Assembly (NCBI GenBank): GCA_036158635.1
Contig: JAYYFR010000006.1
Span: 14,281-78,280, forward strand
Direction of reading: 5' to 3'
Origin: Bacteroidota bacterium
Lineage (GTDB): Bacteria; Bacteroidota; Bacteroidia; Flavobacteriales; TMED113
DNA length: 64,000 bases
The notes under the pieces are model-generated. The model ran no database searches. It saw only the letters and a list, made by a program, of their open reading frames with translations, and was not told where the DNA came from. Of this stretch, positions 9,107 to 19,351 are shown piece after piece. The translations under genes and the position numbers were made by a program. The stretch's first letter is position 1. Every line of letters starts with the position of its first letter.

Positions 9107-10537
9107 ATGATTTTAAAAAAAATTTTTTTTCTATTAATTTTAAACAACTTAATTATTTTTTCAAATAATTTAAATATTATTGAAGACTCATTAATTAATC
9201 AAAATGATTATAATTGGATTATATCAAATTTGAATGATTATGAAGTAAAGAAAAAAAATGAATTTAATAAAAAAGAAATTGATTCAGTTTTATATAGTAT
9301 TGCAAAAAAATTAGAGGACACAGGATATCCATTTGCTGTTATTGAATTTAAATATGACTCAATTATTAATAAAAATATTTATGGAAAAATATTCTATAAA
9401 AAAGGTAGATTAACAAATATTGATAGTGTAGCAATTAAAGGTTATAATAAGTTCCCAAAATACTTAATTGAAAGAACTTTAGACTTGAAAAAAAAAGAGC
9501 CTTATAGTCAAAAGAAAATAAATAATATTTCTAAAAAAATATCAGAAAATAATTATATAAATGAATTCAAAGAGAATAGTGTTTTATTTAACAAACAAAA
9601 AACATTACTATTTCTTTATTTAGAAAAAAAAAACAATAATACAATTGATGGTATTTTAGGATATAATAATGAAAATGAGAAAAACGAATTATACGGAAAA
9701 ATAAACCTTAAATTAACAAACTCATTTAATTTATGGGAGAAAATAGAACTTAATTGGAATAAAATGTCAGATAGAAATCAGGAACTTTTAATTAATTTGA
9801 GTTTCCCTTATTTCTTAAACTCAATTTTTTATTTGGAAACAAACTTTAAAATTTTACAACTTTACAACTCTTATATTAGTAAAAAAATAAATTATAACTT
9901 GGAAATAAGAAAAGTTAATAGTCATTTTAAAATTGGATATATAAATAATATATCCAATAGTTTAACTAACAATAATAACTTAATTAAAGATTATAAAAGT
10001 AATTTATTATTAGTCAATTGGACTTTTTTAAAAAATAATTTTTCTAAAAAAAATATTGATCTAAAAGTAAGTAACGAATATACAATTGGAGTAAATAAAA
10101 ATTTTAATCAAAAAAAAATTCGTCAACAAATTAATTTTAAATTAAAATTAAAATTACCTGTTTTTAAAAGCAATTTTTTTTATTTAAGCACTGAAAACAA
10201 TCACATTTTTGGAAATGAAATATTAGAAAATGAAAAAATTGGAATTGGAGGGGTAAGTAGTTTAAGAGGATATATTGAAAATAGTTTTTTTAGTAAATCA
10301 TTCAATATTTTAAATATAGAAAACAAATATTTTTATAATAATAACTCATATTTATCTATTTTTTTTGACCATGGAAAATTATATGATCTAAATACAAGCA
10401 TTTCATCATATGGATTTGGAATAGGTTTTGATTTGGAAAAAGATATTTTTATAATAAATTATGCTGTTCCAACTTACAGTAATAGTTTAGATTTTAATAA
10501 CTCAAAAATTCATTTTAACTATATATTAAAATTTTAA
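9107..10537 (+). CDS. POTRA-containing Omp85 (BamA/TamA-like) outer-membrane protein
   Basis: GYPFA POTRA motif, N..DGILG, GGVSSLRGY (VRGY-like loop), C-terminal beta-signal ending in F. Confidence 0.75.
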   Translation: MILKKIFFLLILNNLIIFSNNLNIIEDSLINQNDYNWIISNLNDYEVKKKNEFNKKEIDSVLYSIAKKLEDTGYPFAVIEFKYDSIINKNIYGKIFYKKGRLTNIDSVAIKGYNKFPKYLIERTLDLKKKEPYSQKKINNISKKISENNYINEFKENSVLFNKQKTLLFLYLEKKNNNTIDGILGYNNENEKNELYGKINLKLTNSFNLWEKIELNWNKMSDRNQELLINLSFPYFLNSIFYLETNFKILQLYNSYISKKINYNLEIRKVNSHFKIGYINNISNSLTNNNNLIKDYKSNLLLVNWTFLKNNFSKKNIDLKVSNEYTIGVNKNFNQKKIRQQINFKLKLKLPVFKSNFFYLSTENNHIFGNEILENEKIGIGGVSSLRGYIENSFFSKSFNILNIENKYFYNNNSYLSIFFDHGKLYDLNTSISSYGFGIGFDLEKDIFIINYAVPTYSNSLDFNNSKIHFNYILKF

Positions 10538-10539
10538 TA

Positions 10540-11283
10540 ATGAAACCAGAAAACAATAAATTAAGAATATATGGAATAAGGCCTGTAATTGAACTTTTAG
10601 ATAGTGAAAGAGAAATACAAAAAATATATATACAAAAAAATATACAACACGAAAAAATAAAAGAAATAGAGACAAAAGGTAAAAATAAAAAAATTGAAAT
10701 AAAATATATTCCTGTTCAAAAATTGAATAGATTGACTAAAAAAAATCATCAGGGAGTTTTTGCTTTCTGCTCACCAATTACATTCATTGAATTTGAAAAT
10801 TATTTACCTCAATTATTTGAAAAAGGGGAATCTCCAATTTTTTTTGCTTTAGATAGAGTTACAGATGTTAGAAATTTTGGTTCTATTTGTAGAAGCGCTA
10901 AAGTACTAGGAGCTCATGGTATTATTATTCCAAAAAAAAAATCAGCAGAAATAAATGAAATTTCGATTAAAACATCCTCAGGAGCTTTAACTAAATTACC
11001 AATATGCAGAACTGAAAGTCTTGAAAAAACATTAATTTTTGCTAAAAATAGCGGACTTAAAATTTGCTCTCTTTCTGAACATGCTAAAAAGTCAATTTAT
11101 AAAACTAGCTTGAAAGAGCCATGTATTTTAGTACTTGGATCCGAAAAAGAAGGTGTTTCAAATAAATTAATTAAAATTAGCGACGAACTAATAAAAATAC
11201 CAACAAATGGAGATATAATATCACTAAATGTATCAGTCGCCGCAGGTATAATTTTGTCAGAAGTACAAAGACAAAGATTTTAA
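10540..11283 (+). CDS. rlmB: 23S rRNA (Gm2251) 2'-O-methyltransferase
   Basis: IYGIRPVIE, NHQGV, LDRVTDVRNFGSICRSA, GSEKEG, SLNVSVA SPOUT motifs. Confidence 0.92.
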   Translation: MKPENNKLRIYGIRPVIELLDSEREIQKIYIQKNIQHEKIKEIETKGKNKKIEIKYIPVQKLNRLTKKNHQGVFAFCSPITFIEFENYLPQLFEKGESPIFFALDRVTDVRNFGSICRSAKVLGAHGIIIPKKKSAEINEISIKTSSGALTKLPICRTESLEKTLIFAKNSGLKICSLSEHAKKSIYKTSLKEPCILVLGSEKEGVSNKLIKISDELIKIPTNGDIISLNVSVAAGIILSEVQRQRF

Positions 11284-12584
11284 GTAAATTTCTTTTTTAT
11301 AATTTCCGTTGGCATTGATACGGGTCTTTCAATTGGGCTACCCAATGCTCTGTTCCATATCAATTGAGATAATATTCCCAATGAACGAGAAACACCAAAT
11401 AAAACAGTGAAAAAGTCATATTCTTTCATTCCATAATTAAGTAATAAAACACCGGAGTGAGCATCAACATTAGGCCATGGATTTTTTACTTTTCCTGTAG
11501 CATCTAATATTGGAGGAACAACTTCATAAACCTTACTTACTAAATCAAATAAATCATAATCATTTAAATATTTTAAAGCAAAGTTTCTTTGAGCTATATA
11601 TCTAGGATCTGTTTTTCTTAAAACAGCGTGACCAAATCCAGGAATTACCCTTCCCTCAGATAGGGTTTTTTTAACGTAATCAGAAACTTGTTCTTTTGAT
11701 GGTATTTCATTATTATAAAAATCTTTCATTTTCAATAACCACTTTACAACTTCTTGATTTGCTAAACCATGAAGTGGACCAGCTAAACCGTTCATTCCAG
11801 CAGAAAAAGATAAGTAAGCATCACTTAATGCTGAACTAACTAAGTGAGAAGTATGAGCTGAAACATTACCACCTTCATGATCAGCGTGAATTGTTAAATA
11901 TAATCGCATTAATTCATGGAAATTTTCATCATCAAAACCTAACATATGAGCGAAATTTCCAGACCAATCTAAGTCTAAATTAGGAGCAATATGATCATTA
12001 TTTTTATAAACTCTCCTATATATATATGCTGCAATTCTAGGTAAAGTAGCAATTAAATTCATTGCATCTTCATAAGATGAATCCCAATAGTCTGTTTTTC
12101 TAACACCATCATTATATGCTTTCATAAAACAGCTATCGCCTCTTAATGCTAATATTGCAGCTGAAAATTGAGTCATGGGGTGCGCATCCTTGGGAAATGA
12201 GTCTAAAACTGAAAAAACATGTTTAGGCACATTAGATCTTCTCTTCCAATCTTCCCCAATTAATTTTATATCATTATCATTAGGAAGCTCACCTAATAAC
12301 ATTAAATAAAATATACCCTCAGGCATCGGTTGCTTTCCCCCATTATATGTAGGAAGTAAATCTAATAACTCATCAAGAGAATACCCTCTAAATTTAATAC
12401 CGTCCTCTGGATCTAATTTAGATGTTTCTGTTACCATACTAATCATTCCTCTCATTCCAGAGTATATTTGACGTAATTTAATATCTCCTATCACTTTATC
12501 ACCATGATTTTTGATTAGTTGTTTAATTTCTTCTCTAGCGGGAAGAATTTTATTTTCAAATTTTTGTTTTAAATTATTTTCCAT
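11280..12584 (-). CDS. Citrate synthase, eukaryote-like type
   Basis: GMRG...ETSKLDPEDGIKFRG, HADHEGGNVSAH, GLAGPLHGLANQEV, PGFGHAVLRKTDPR, NPWPNVDAHSG. Confidence 0.95.
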   Translation of the reverse strand: MENNLKQKFENKILPAREEIKQLIKNHGDKVIGDIKLRQIYSGMRGMISMVTETSKLDPEDGIKFRGYSLDELLDLLPTYNGGKQPMPEGIFYLMLLGELPNDNDIKLIGEDWKRRSNVPKHVFSVLDSFPKDAHPMTQFSAAILALRGDSCFMKAYNDGVRKTDYWDSSYEDAMNLIATLPRIAAYIYRRVYKNNDHIAPNLDLDWSGNFAHMLGFDDENFHELMRLYLTIHADHEGGNVSAHTSHLVSSALSDAYLSFSAGMNGLAGPLHGLANQEVVKWLLKMKDFYNNEIPSKEQVSDYVKKTLSEGRVIPGFGHAVLRKTDPRYIAQRNFALKYLNDYDLFDLVSKVYEVVPPILDATGKVKNPWPNVDAHSGVLLLNYGMKEYDFFTVLFGVSRSLGILSQLIWNRALGSPIERPVSMPTEIIKKKFT

Positions 12585-12585
12585 T

Positions 12586-13872
12586 TTATTTACAGTATTT
12601 TAAATTTTTTCCAGAAAAAGAAGCTTTAGTAGATAAACTTTCTTCAATCCTTAATAATTGATTGTACTTCGCAACTCTATCAGATCTTGAGCACGAACCT
12701 GTTTTAATTTGAGAACAAGAAAAAGCCACAGCTAAATCTGAAATAAAAGAATCCTCAGTTTCTCCTGATCTGTGACTCATTACAGTAGAAAAGTTATTTT
12801 TTCTTGCAAAATTTATTGTGTTAAAAGTTTCTGTTAAAGTCCCAATTTGATTAGGTTTTATTAAAATTGAATTAGATGAATTTTCTTTAACACCTCTATC
12901 TAGTCTACTTAAATTAGTTACAAATAAGTCATCACCAACTAACTGAATTTTATTTCCAATTTCTTTATTTAATAAATACCAACTATCCCAATCGTCCTCA
13001 TGTAATCCATCTTCAATTGAAAATATTGGATATTTATTTGTCCAATTTTTCCAAAAATCAACCATTTCTAAAGAACTCAATTTTTCTCCACTGTTAAATT
13101 TATACTTTCCATCAACAAAAAATTCAGAAGATGCAGCATCAATAGCCAAAAAAATATCAATACCTGGTTTATAACCAGCTTTTTCAATAGCTAATAAAAT
13201 CAAATCTAGCGCTTCTTCATTTGATTTAAGATTTGGAGCAAAACCTCCTTCATCTCCAACGTTTGTTGAAAGACCTTTGGACTTAAGTACATTTTTTAAA
13301 TTATGAAAAACCTCTACTCCCATAAATAGAGATTCCTTAAAACTAGTTGCTCCAACTGGTGCGATCATAAATTCTTGAATATCGACTAAATTATCGGCAT
13401 GACTTCCTCCATTCAAAATGTTCATTAATGGAACCGGTAGTTGAAGACTAGAAGAGTGTGAATTAAAAGAAGATAAATACTCAAATAAATATTGTTTTTT
13501 TGTTAAAGCTGCTAATCTAGAGACAGCAAAGGAAATTGGTAAAATAGAGTTTGCTCCTAAAACAGATTTATTTTCAGTTCCATCCAACTCACACATTTTT
13601 GCATCAATACCTTCTTGATCAAAAATATCAAACCCAATTAACTGATCTCTGAGTCTCTTCTCAATATTGTTTATTACTTTTTGCACCCCTTTTCCCATTA
13701 ACATATCACCTCCGTCTCTAATTTCAATAGCTTCATACTTTCCAGTTGATGCTCCAGAGGGGATAGATGCACGAGAAAATAATGAGTTAGAGAAAACATC
13801 TACTTCGACTGTTGGATTACCTCTTGAATCAAAAACTTGTCTGGCTTTTATGTCCTTTATTTTATAATCCAT
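12586..13872 (-). CDS. eno: Enolase
   Basis: DSRGNPTVE, PSGASTG, GDEGGFAP, SHRSGETED, QIKTG. Confidence 0.98.
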   Translation of the reverse strand: MDYKIKDIKARQVFDSRGNPTVEVDVFSNSLFSRASIPSGASTGKYEAIEIRDGGDMLMGKGVQKVINNIEKRLRDQLIGFDIFDQEGIDAKMCELDGTENKSVLGANSILPISFAVSRLAALTKKQYLFEYLSSFNSHSSSLQLPVPLMNILNGGSHADNLVDIQEFMIAPVGATSFKESLFMGVEVFHNLKNVLKSKGLSTNVGDEGGFAPNLKSNEEALDLILLAIEKAGYKPGIDIFLAIDAASSEFFVDGKYKFNSGEKLSSLEMVDFWKNWTNKYPIFSIEDGLHEDDWDSWYLLNKEIGNKIQLVGDDLFVTNLSRLDRGVKENSSNSILIKPNQIGTLTETFNTINFARKNNFSTVMSHRSGETEDSFISDLAVAFSCSQIKTGSCSRSDRVAKYNQLLRIEESLSTKASFSGKNLKYCK

Positions 13873-14978
13873 TAATCAATATATTTATCCATATTAGAAA
13901 CGAAGTGATCAAATAAATATCTAGAGTCTTGAGGACCTGGTGATGATTCTGGATGATACTGAACAGAAAAAAAAGGTTTATCAGTAAACATAATACCCTC
14001 AACAGTATTGTCATTTAAATTCCTGTGAGTGATTATAATGTTATTTTTTCCATTCAAACTATCTTCATCTATAGAAAAACCATGATTTTGAGAAGTAACT
14101 TCACATTTTTTAGTATTTAAATTTAAAACTGGATGATTGATTCCTCTGTGACCATTATGCATTTTATATGTCTTTAATCCACTAGCTAGAGCTATCAACT
14201 GGTGACCTAAACAAATTCCAAAAATCGGAATGTTTTTTTGAAGAATTATTTCTATATTTTTTATAACGTTCTTCATTGATGATGGATCGCCAGGGCCGTT
14301 AGAAAAAAATATACCTGTAGGTTTCCAATTAAGTATTTCTCTAGCTTCAGTATCAAATGGGAAAACTTTCATATACACTCCTCTATTTTCTAGACATCTT
14401 ATAATGTTTTTTTTAATTCCAAAATCAAGTACAGCCACTCTATATTTTGAATTATCTTCTCCGATTTCATAGGGTTCTGAAGTAGAGACAAAAGAAGATA
14501 AATCTAATCCTTTCATGGAAGGTGCTTTTTTTAATTCCAATTTTAAAGATTCTATATTATTAACGTCAGAAGAAATCAAAACATTCATGACACCTTTATC
14601 ACGAATATAACTAACTAGAGATCTAGTATCAACTTCAGAAATCACAAAAATATTTTCTTTTTCAAAATAATCTTTAATATTACCATCAGAATGATGTCTT
14701 GAGTTATCTAGATTAAAATCTTTACAAATTAACCCAGCTATTTTCATGGAATCAGATTCAACTTCACTTAAATTATAACCATAATTACCAATATGAACAT
14801 TTGTTGTAACAACAACCTGACCATAATAAGATGGATCTGTGAAAACTTCTTGGTATCCAGTCATTCCTGTGTTAAAACAAATCTCACCAAAAGAAGTTCC
14901 TTTTTTACCTGCACATTTTCCATAAAAAATGGTACCGTCCTCTAAAATTAATACTGCGTTATTATCTTCTTTTTTCAT
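13872..14978 (-). CDS. carA: Carbamoyl-phosphate synthase small subunit
   Basis: GEICFNTGMTGYQE, SNGPGDP, GICLGHQ, QYHPE. Confidence 0.97.
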   Translation of the reverse strand: MKKEDNNAVLILEDGTIFYGKCAGKKGTSFGEICFNTGMTGYQEVFTDPSYYGQVVVTTNVHIGNYGYNLSEVESDSMKIAGLICKDFNLDNSRHHSDGNIKDYFEKENIFVISEVDTRSLVSYIRDKGVMNVLISSDVNNIESLKLELKKAPSMKGLDLSSFVSTSEPYEIGEDNSKYRVAVLDFGIKKNIIRCLENRGVYMKVFPFDTEAREILNWKPTGIFFSNGPGDPSSMKNVIKNIEIILQKNIPIFGICLGHQLIALASGLKTYKMHNGHRGINHPVLNLNTKKCEVTSQNHGFSIDEDSLNGKNNIIITHRNLNDNTVEGIMFTDKPFFSVQYHPESSPGPQDSRYLFDHFVSNMDKYID

Positions 14979-14989
14979 ATATTTTTTTT

Positions 14990-15024
14990 AAAAAAAGGAC
15001 AAAACCTAAGAGGCTTTGTCCTTT
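14990..15024 (-). terminator. Rho-independent terminator after rplQ
   Basis: Minus strand AAAGGACAAAGCCT-CTT-AGGTTTTGTCCTTT stem (near-perfect) running into a U tract. Confidence 0.75.
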
Positions 15025-15056
15025 ATAAAATAATGTAATTAATATTTATTTAACTA

Positions 15057-15794
15057 CTATTTTTCTTCAGCCTCTTCTTTATTTTCTTCGTCTGTTGAAC
15101 CTTCTTTTTCAGTAAGCTCTTCTTCTGCAGGTTCTTCTTTAGCAGGTGCCTCTTCAACAGGTGTCTCCTCAGCAGGTGCCTCTTCAACAGGTGTCTCCTC
15201 AGCAGGTGCCTCTTCAGCAGGTGCCTCTTCAACAGGTGTCTCTTCAGCAGGTGCCTCTTCAGCAGGTGTCTCTTCAGCAGGCGCCTCTTCAGCAGGTGCC
15301 TCATTGTTTGATGAATTTGAAATAGATTTAGATTCTTTAACTTTTGAATCTAAATTTTCACTATTATTTGAAGATTTAGATGATCTTCTAGATCTTCTTG
15401 TTTTCTTTTTATCTTCTTTGTCAGGGTTATAAATTTCATTAAAATCAACTAATTCAATAAAACATATCTCAGCTGCATCACCTAGTCTTTTTCCTAATTT
15501 TATAATTCTTGTATACCCCCCTGGTCTATTTGAAACTTTTTCTGAAATAACAGAGAAAAGTTCAGAAACAGACTTTTTATCTTTTAATTTAGAAAAAACA
15601 ACTCTTCTAGAATGTGTGGAATCATTTTTTGATTTAGTGATAATAGGCTCAACATATCTTTTTAAAACTTTTGCCTTAGCAACAGTAGTTTTTATACGCT
15701 TATGTATAATTAAAGAGCAAGCCATATTTGAAAGCATAGCCTTACGGTGACTTGCTGTTCTACTTAGTGATTTATTTTTATTTCTGTGCCTCAT
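15057..15794 (-). CDS. rplQ: 50S ribosomal protein L17 with long acidic repeat tail
   Basis: MRH...[31 protein letters not shown]; then a Ser/Lys linker and E-A/T-P-A/V-E repeats. Confidence 0.97.
   Translation of the reverse strand: MRHRNKNKSLSRTASHRKAMLSNMACSLIIHKRIKTTVAKAKVLKRYVEPIITKSKNDSTHSRRVVFSKLKDKKSVSELFSVISEKVSNRPGGYTRIIKLGKRLGDAAEICFIELVDFNEIYNPDKEDKKKTRRSRRSSKSSNNSENLDSKVKESKSISNSSNNEAPAEEAPAEETPAEEAPAEETPVEEAPAEEAPAEETPVEEAPAEETPVEEAPAKEEPAEEELTEKEGSTDEENKEEAEEK
15123..15302 (-). repeat. In-frame 15-bp tandem repeat (11 units plus 1 degenerate) in rplQ
   Basis: Minus-strand unit GAGRCACCTGYTGAR encoding [15 protein letters not shown]. Confidence 0.95.
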
Positions 15795-15797
15795 TTT

Positions 15798-16790
15798 TTA
15801 TTCTTTTTCTAATTTATACTTTTCTAAATCCATACCAAAGGATAAATTTTTATCTTCAACCAAAGCATCAAGTTCAGTTAATGATTTTTTACCAAAATTT
15901 CTAAATTTCATTAAATCATTCCTATTATAAGAAACTAAATCCCCCAATGTATCAACTTCAGCAGCTTTCAAACAATTTAAAGCTCTAACAGAAAGGTCCA
16001 TATCAACTAATCTAGTTTTAAGTAACTGCCTCATATGTAATGATTCTTCATCATATTCATCTTCCTTAGAAGAACCATCTGTTTCAATGGAAATTCTTTC
16101 GTCAGAAAATAACATGAAATGATGGATCAATATTTTAGCCGCTTCAGTTAACGCATCTTTTGGTAAAATAGAACCATCAGTAAAAATTTGAAAAATTAAC
16201 TTTTCATAATCAGTCTTTTGTTCTACCCTGTAGTCTTCAATTGAATATTTAACATTTTTTATTGGAGTAAATATAGAATCCATAGGTATAGTACCTATAG
16301 GTGCATCCATTTTTTTATTCTCCTCTGATGAAACATACCCTCTTCCCTTTTCAATACATATTTCAAAATCTAATTTAACTGATTTTTCCATAGAACAAAT
16401 ATGAAGGTCTGGGTTTAAAACTTGAAATCCAGAAATAAATCTTCCAATATGACCTGCATTTACAGATTCTTGATTTGAAATTGAAACCTTAACAATTTCG
16501 GATTCAAATTCTTCAACTTGCTTCTTAAGTCTAATTTGTTTTAAGTTTAAAATAATTTGAACAACATCCTCGACTACCCCATCAATTACAGAAAATTCAT
16601 GATCAACACCATCAATTTTAATTGAAGTAATTGCATAACCTTCTAAAGAAGATAATAAAACTCTTCTCAAAGCATTTCCTATCGTAAGACCATATCCAGG
16701 CTCAAGTGGACGAAATTCAAAATCACCTTGTGAATCGGTAGATTTTACCATAATCACTTTTTCTGGTTTTATAAAGTTTAGTATCGACAT
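15798..16790 (-). CDS. rpoA: RNA polymerase alpha subunit
   Basis: [38 protein letters not shown]. Confidence 0.99.
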   Translation of the reverse strand: MSILNFIKPEKVIMVKSTDSQGDFEFRPLEPGYGLTIGNALRRVLLSSLEGYAITSIKIDGVDHEFSVIDGVVEDVVQIILNLKQIRLKKQVEEFESEIVKVSISNQESVNAGHIGRFISGFQVLNPDLHICSMEKSVKLDFEICIEKGRGYVSSEENKKMDAPIGTIPMDSIFTPIKNVKYSIEDYRVEQKTDYEKLIFQIFTDGSILPKDALTEAAKILIHHFMLFSDERISIETDGSSKEDEYDEESLHMRQLLKTRLVDMDLSVRALNCLKAAEVDTLGDLVSYNRNDLMKFRNFGKKSLTELDALVEDKNLSFGMDLEKYKLEKE

Positions 16791-16821
16791 AATATTAATT
16801 TTTTATTTAATTTTTTTATTA

Positions 16822-17427
16822 CTATTTAGAATATAATTCAACAATTAATTGTTCTTGTATATTTTCTGGAATCTGATTCCTTTCTGGAAGATTTAGGAAC
16901 TTACCGTTAAAACTATCTGGATTCCATTCCAACCACTCAACTACATCTCTATTTAAAGATAAAGAATTAGTTATACACTCTAATGACTTTGACTTTTCTC
17001 TAACAGAAATTATATCACCAGGCTTCAAAGAAAATGAGGGTATATTAACAACTTCTCCATTAACAGTGATATGTTTATGTGAAACAAGTTGACGTGCACC
17101 ACTTCTAGTATTTGCCATTCCAAGTCTAAACACTGTATTATCTAATCTAGACTCACAAAAAGCAAGTAGTGCTTCACCGGTTACTATTTTACTTTTTGAT
17201 GCCCTTTTAAACAAGTTAGAAAACTGTTTTTCCAATATACCATAAGTATACTTTGCTTTCTGTTTTTCTGACAACTGAATTGCGTATTCTGATTTCTTTC
17301 CTCTTCTTTTTGATACACCGTGCTGTCCAGGTGGATAATTTTTTTTCTGAAGATATTTATCTGGCCCAAAAATTGGGTCTCCAAATTTTCTTGCTATTTT
17401 CGTTTTAGGTCCTATATATCTAGCCAT
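16822..17427 (-). CDS. rpsD: 30S ribosomal protein S4
   Basis: [29 protein letters not shown]. Confidence 0.99.
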   Translation of the reverse strand: MARYIGPKTKIARKFGDPIFGPDKYLQKKNYPPGQHGVSKRRGKKSEYAIQLSEKQKAKYTYGILEKQFSNLFKRASKSKIVTGEALLAFCESRLDNTVFRLGMANTRSGARQLVSHKHITVNGEVVNIPSFSLKPGDIISVREKSKSLECITNSLSLNRDVVEWLEWNPDSFNGKFLNLPERNQIPENIQEQLIVELYSK

Positions 17428-17442
17428 AATTTTATTCTATTA

Positions 17443-17829
17443 TTAAACTCTTCTTCTTTTTGGTGGTCTACATCCATTATGCGGAGTAGGAGTAACATCT
17501 ATAATTTCAGTAACAGATATTCCAGCTCCATCAATAGCTCTTACAGCAGATTCTCTTCCATTTCCAGGTCCTTTTAAATACACCTTAACAGAACGAAGCC
17601 CTGCATCAAAAGCTACTTTTGCACAGTCTTCTGCAGCAACTTGCCCAGCGTAAGGAGTATTCTTTTTAGAACCTCTAAAGCCCTGTTTTCCTGCAGATGA
17701 CCAACTAATAACTTCACCTGAGCTATTAGTAATTGAAATAATTATATTATTAAATGTAGAACTAATATAAGCATAGCCATTATTGTCTACTCTTACTTTT
17801 CTTTTCTTTTTATTTTTTGTATTTGCCAT
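17443..17829 (-). CDS. rpsK: 30S ribosomal protein S11
   Basis: [30 protein letters not shown]. Confidence 0.99.
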   Translation of the reverse strand: MANTKNKKKRKVRVDNNGYAYISSTFNNIIISITNSSGEVISWSSAGKQGFRGSKKNTPYAGQVAAEDCAKVAFDAGLRSVKVYLKGPGNGRESAVRAIDGAGISVTEIIDVTPTPHNGCRPPKRRRV

Positions 17830-17836
17830 TTAAAAA

Positions 17837-18214
17837 TTATTTAGTTGCTTTCTTTTTATTCGCAATTGTTTTCTTCTTTCCCTTCCTTGTTCTTGAGTTA
17901 TTTTTTGTTTTTTGTCCTCTCAGTGGTAATCCTAATCTGTGTCTAATTCCTCTTTGACATCCAATATCCATTAGCCTCTTGATACTTAGCTGAATTTCTG
18001 ATCTAAGTTCACCTTCAATTTTATATTCGTCAGAGACTATTTTTCTAATAGTAGTTAACTCTTTATCAGTCCAGTCTTGAACTTTTTTATTTAAGTCTAC
18101 CTTTGCTTTTGATAAAATTTCTTTTGACCTACTTGGTCCTATACCAAAGATATAAGTTAAACTAATTACTCCTCTTTTATTTTTTGGTATATCAACACTT
18201 GCTATTCTAGCCAT
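17837..18214 (-). CDS. rpsM: 30S ribosomal protein S13
   Basis: [31 protein letters not shown]. Confidence 0.99.
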   Translation of the reverse strand: MARIASVDIPKNKRGVISLTYIFGIGPSRSKEILSKAKVDLNKKVQDWTDKELTTIRKIVSDEYKIEGELRSEIQLSIKRLMDIGCQRGIRHRLGLPLRGQKTKNNSRTRKGKKKTIANKKKATK

Positions 18215-18230
18215 AATTAAATATTTATTA

Positions 18231-18347
18231 TTAACCTTGTCTTTGTTTAAATCTAGGATTTAATTTATTAATCACATATAAACGTCCTTTTCTTCGAACT
18301 AATTTACAATCTGTACTTCTTTTTTTAATTGAAACTCTTTTTTTCAT
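18231..18347 (-). CDS. rpmJ: 50S ribosomal protein L36, zinc-free type (not in ORF track)
   Basis: Manual translation [38 protein letters not shown], at the canonical infA-rpsM position. Confidence 0.97.
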   Translation of the reverse strand: MKKRVSIKKRSTDCKLVRRKGRLYVINKLNPRFKQRQG

Positions 18348-18353
18348 AATTCA

Positions 18354-18569
18354 TTAATATCTAAATGTAATACGTCCTTTAGTTAAATCATATGGTGACA
18401 TTTCTAATTTAACCTTATCACCAGGTAATAGTCTAATATAATGCATCCTCATTTTTCCTGAAATATGTGCAGTAATTACATGCCCATTATCAAGTTCAAC
18501 TCTAAACATTGCATTAGATAATGATTCTTTTATAATTCCATCTTGTTCAATTGAAGCTTGTCTTGCCAT
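18354..18569 (-). CDS. infA: Translation initiation factor IF-1
   Basis: [37 protein letters not shown]. Confidence 0.99.
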   Translation of the reverse strand: MARQASIEQDGIIKESLSNAMFRVELDNGHVITAHISGKMRMHYIRLLPGDKVKLEMSPYDLTKGRITFRY

Positions 18570-18573
18570 AATT

Positions 18574-19347
18574 TTATTTATTTAAAGATTCATCAATTAA
18601 ATTAAATGGTGATAAAATTTCCACTCCTTTATCAGTTATAGCTACTGTATATTCAAAATGAGCAGATGGTTTACCATCCTTAGTTTTTATTGTCCATCCA
18701 TCATCTAATGAAACTATTTCTTTATCACCATAATTAATCATTGGTTCTATAGCAAGAACTAACCCTGGTTTAATTAAAACACCCTCTCCTTTTTTTCCAT
18801 AATTAGGTACTTCAGGTGCTTCATGTAAATTAAACCCAACTCCGTGCCCTACTAACTCCCTCACCACACTAAAACCAAAAAATTCCGCATAATTTTGAAT
18901 TGTAAAACCAATATCACCAATATATCCACCAACATTAACTGCAGCTACTGCTAGATCAAGACATTTTCTAGTAACTTCTAAAAGTTGCTTTTTTTCATTA
19001 GAAACCTCTCCAACTTCGTAAGTAAATGCGCAATCACTGAAATAACCATTTTTAATAACACCGCAATCTATTGAAAGAATGGTACCAGATTTTATTTTTT
19101 CATTATTAGGTAAACCATGAACAACTTCATCATTTGGTGAAACACATAGAGTATTAGGGAAATTATTATAACCTTTAAAAGCAGGAACGCCACCATTATC
19201 TCTGATAAATTCTTCAGCTGTTTTATCTAAAAAATCAGATGAGACCCCCGGTTTTATAAATTTTGCAATTTCAGCGTGAGTCCTAACCAGTAAAGAAGAA
19301 CTTTCTCTTATTCCGTCAATATCTTTATTTGTTTTTAACATAATCAT
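18574..19347 (-). CDS. map: Methionine aminopeptidase type I
   Basis: VVHGLP, SIDCG, GHGVG..LHEAP, AIEPM, SAHFE. Confidence 0.97.
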   Translation of the reverse strand: MIMLKTNKDIDGIRESSSLLVRTHAEIAKFIKPGVSSDFLDKTAEEFIRDNGGVPAFKGYNNFPNTLCVSPNDEVVHGLPNNEKIKSGTILSIDCGVIKNGYFSDCAFTYEVGEVSNEKKQLLEVTRKCLDLAVAAVNVGGYIGDIGFTIQNYAEFFGFSVVRELVGHGVGFNLHEAPEVPNYGKKGEGVLIKPGLVLAIEPMINYGDKEIVSLDDGWTIKTKDGKPSAHFEYTVAITDKGVEILSPFNLIDESLNK

Positions 19348-19351
19348 AACG

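Noticed and set aside
8938..9147. Tracked 69-aa minus-strand ORF
   Set aside because: Overlaps the Omp85 gene start and is a different frame of the better-supported 41-aa lipoprotein at 8901-9026.
15123..15302. Repeat array considered as a CRISPR, given the Cas4-like nuclease in the window
   Set aside because: Units are contiguous 15-mers without unique spacers, lie in frame within rplQ, and no cas1/cas2 is present.
15050..15304. 84-aa ORF of RHLLK repeats that looks like a cationic peptide
   Set aside because: It is the alternative-frame reading of the rplQ 15-bp repeat; a stop-free repeat unit explains the open frame.
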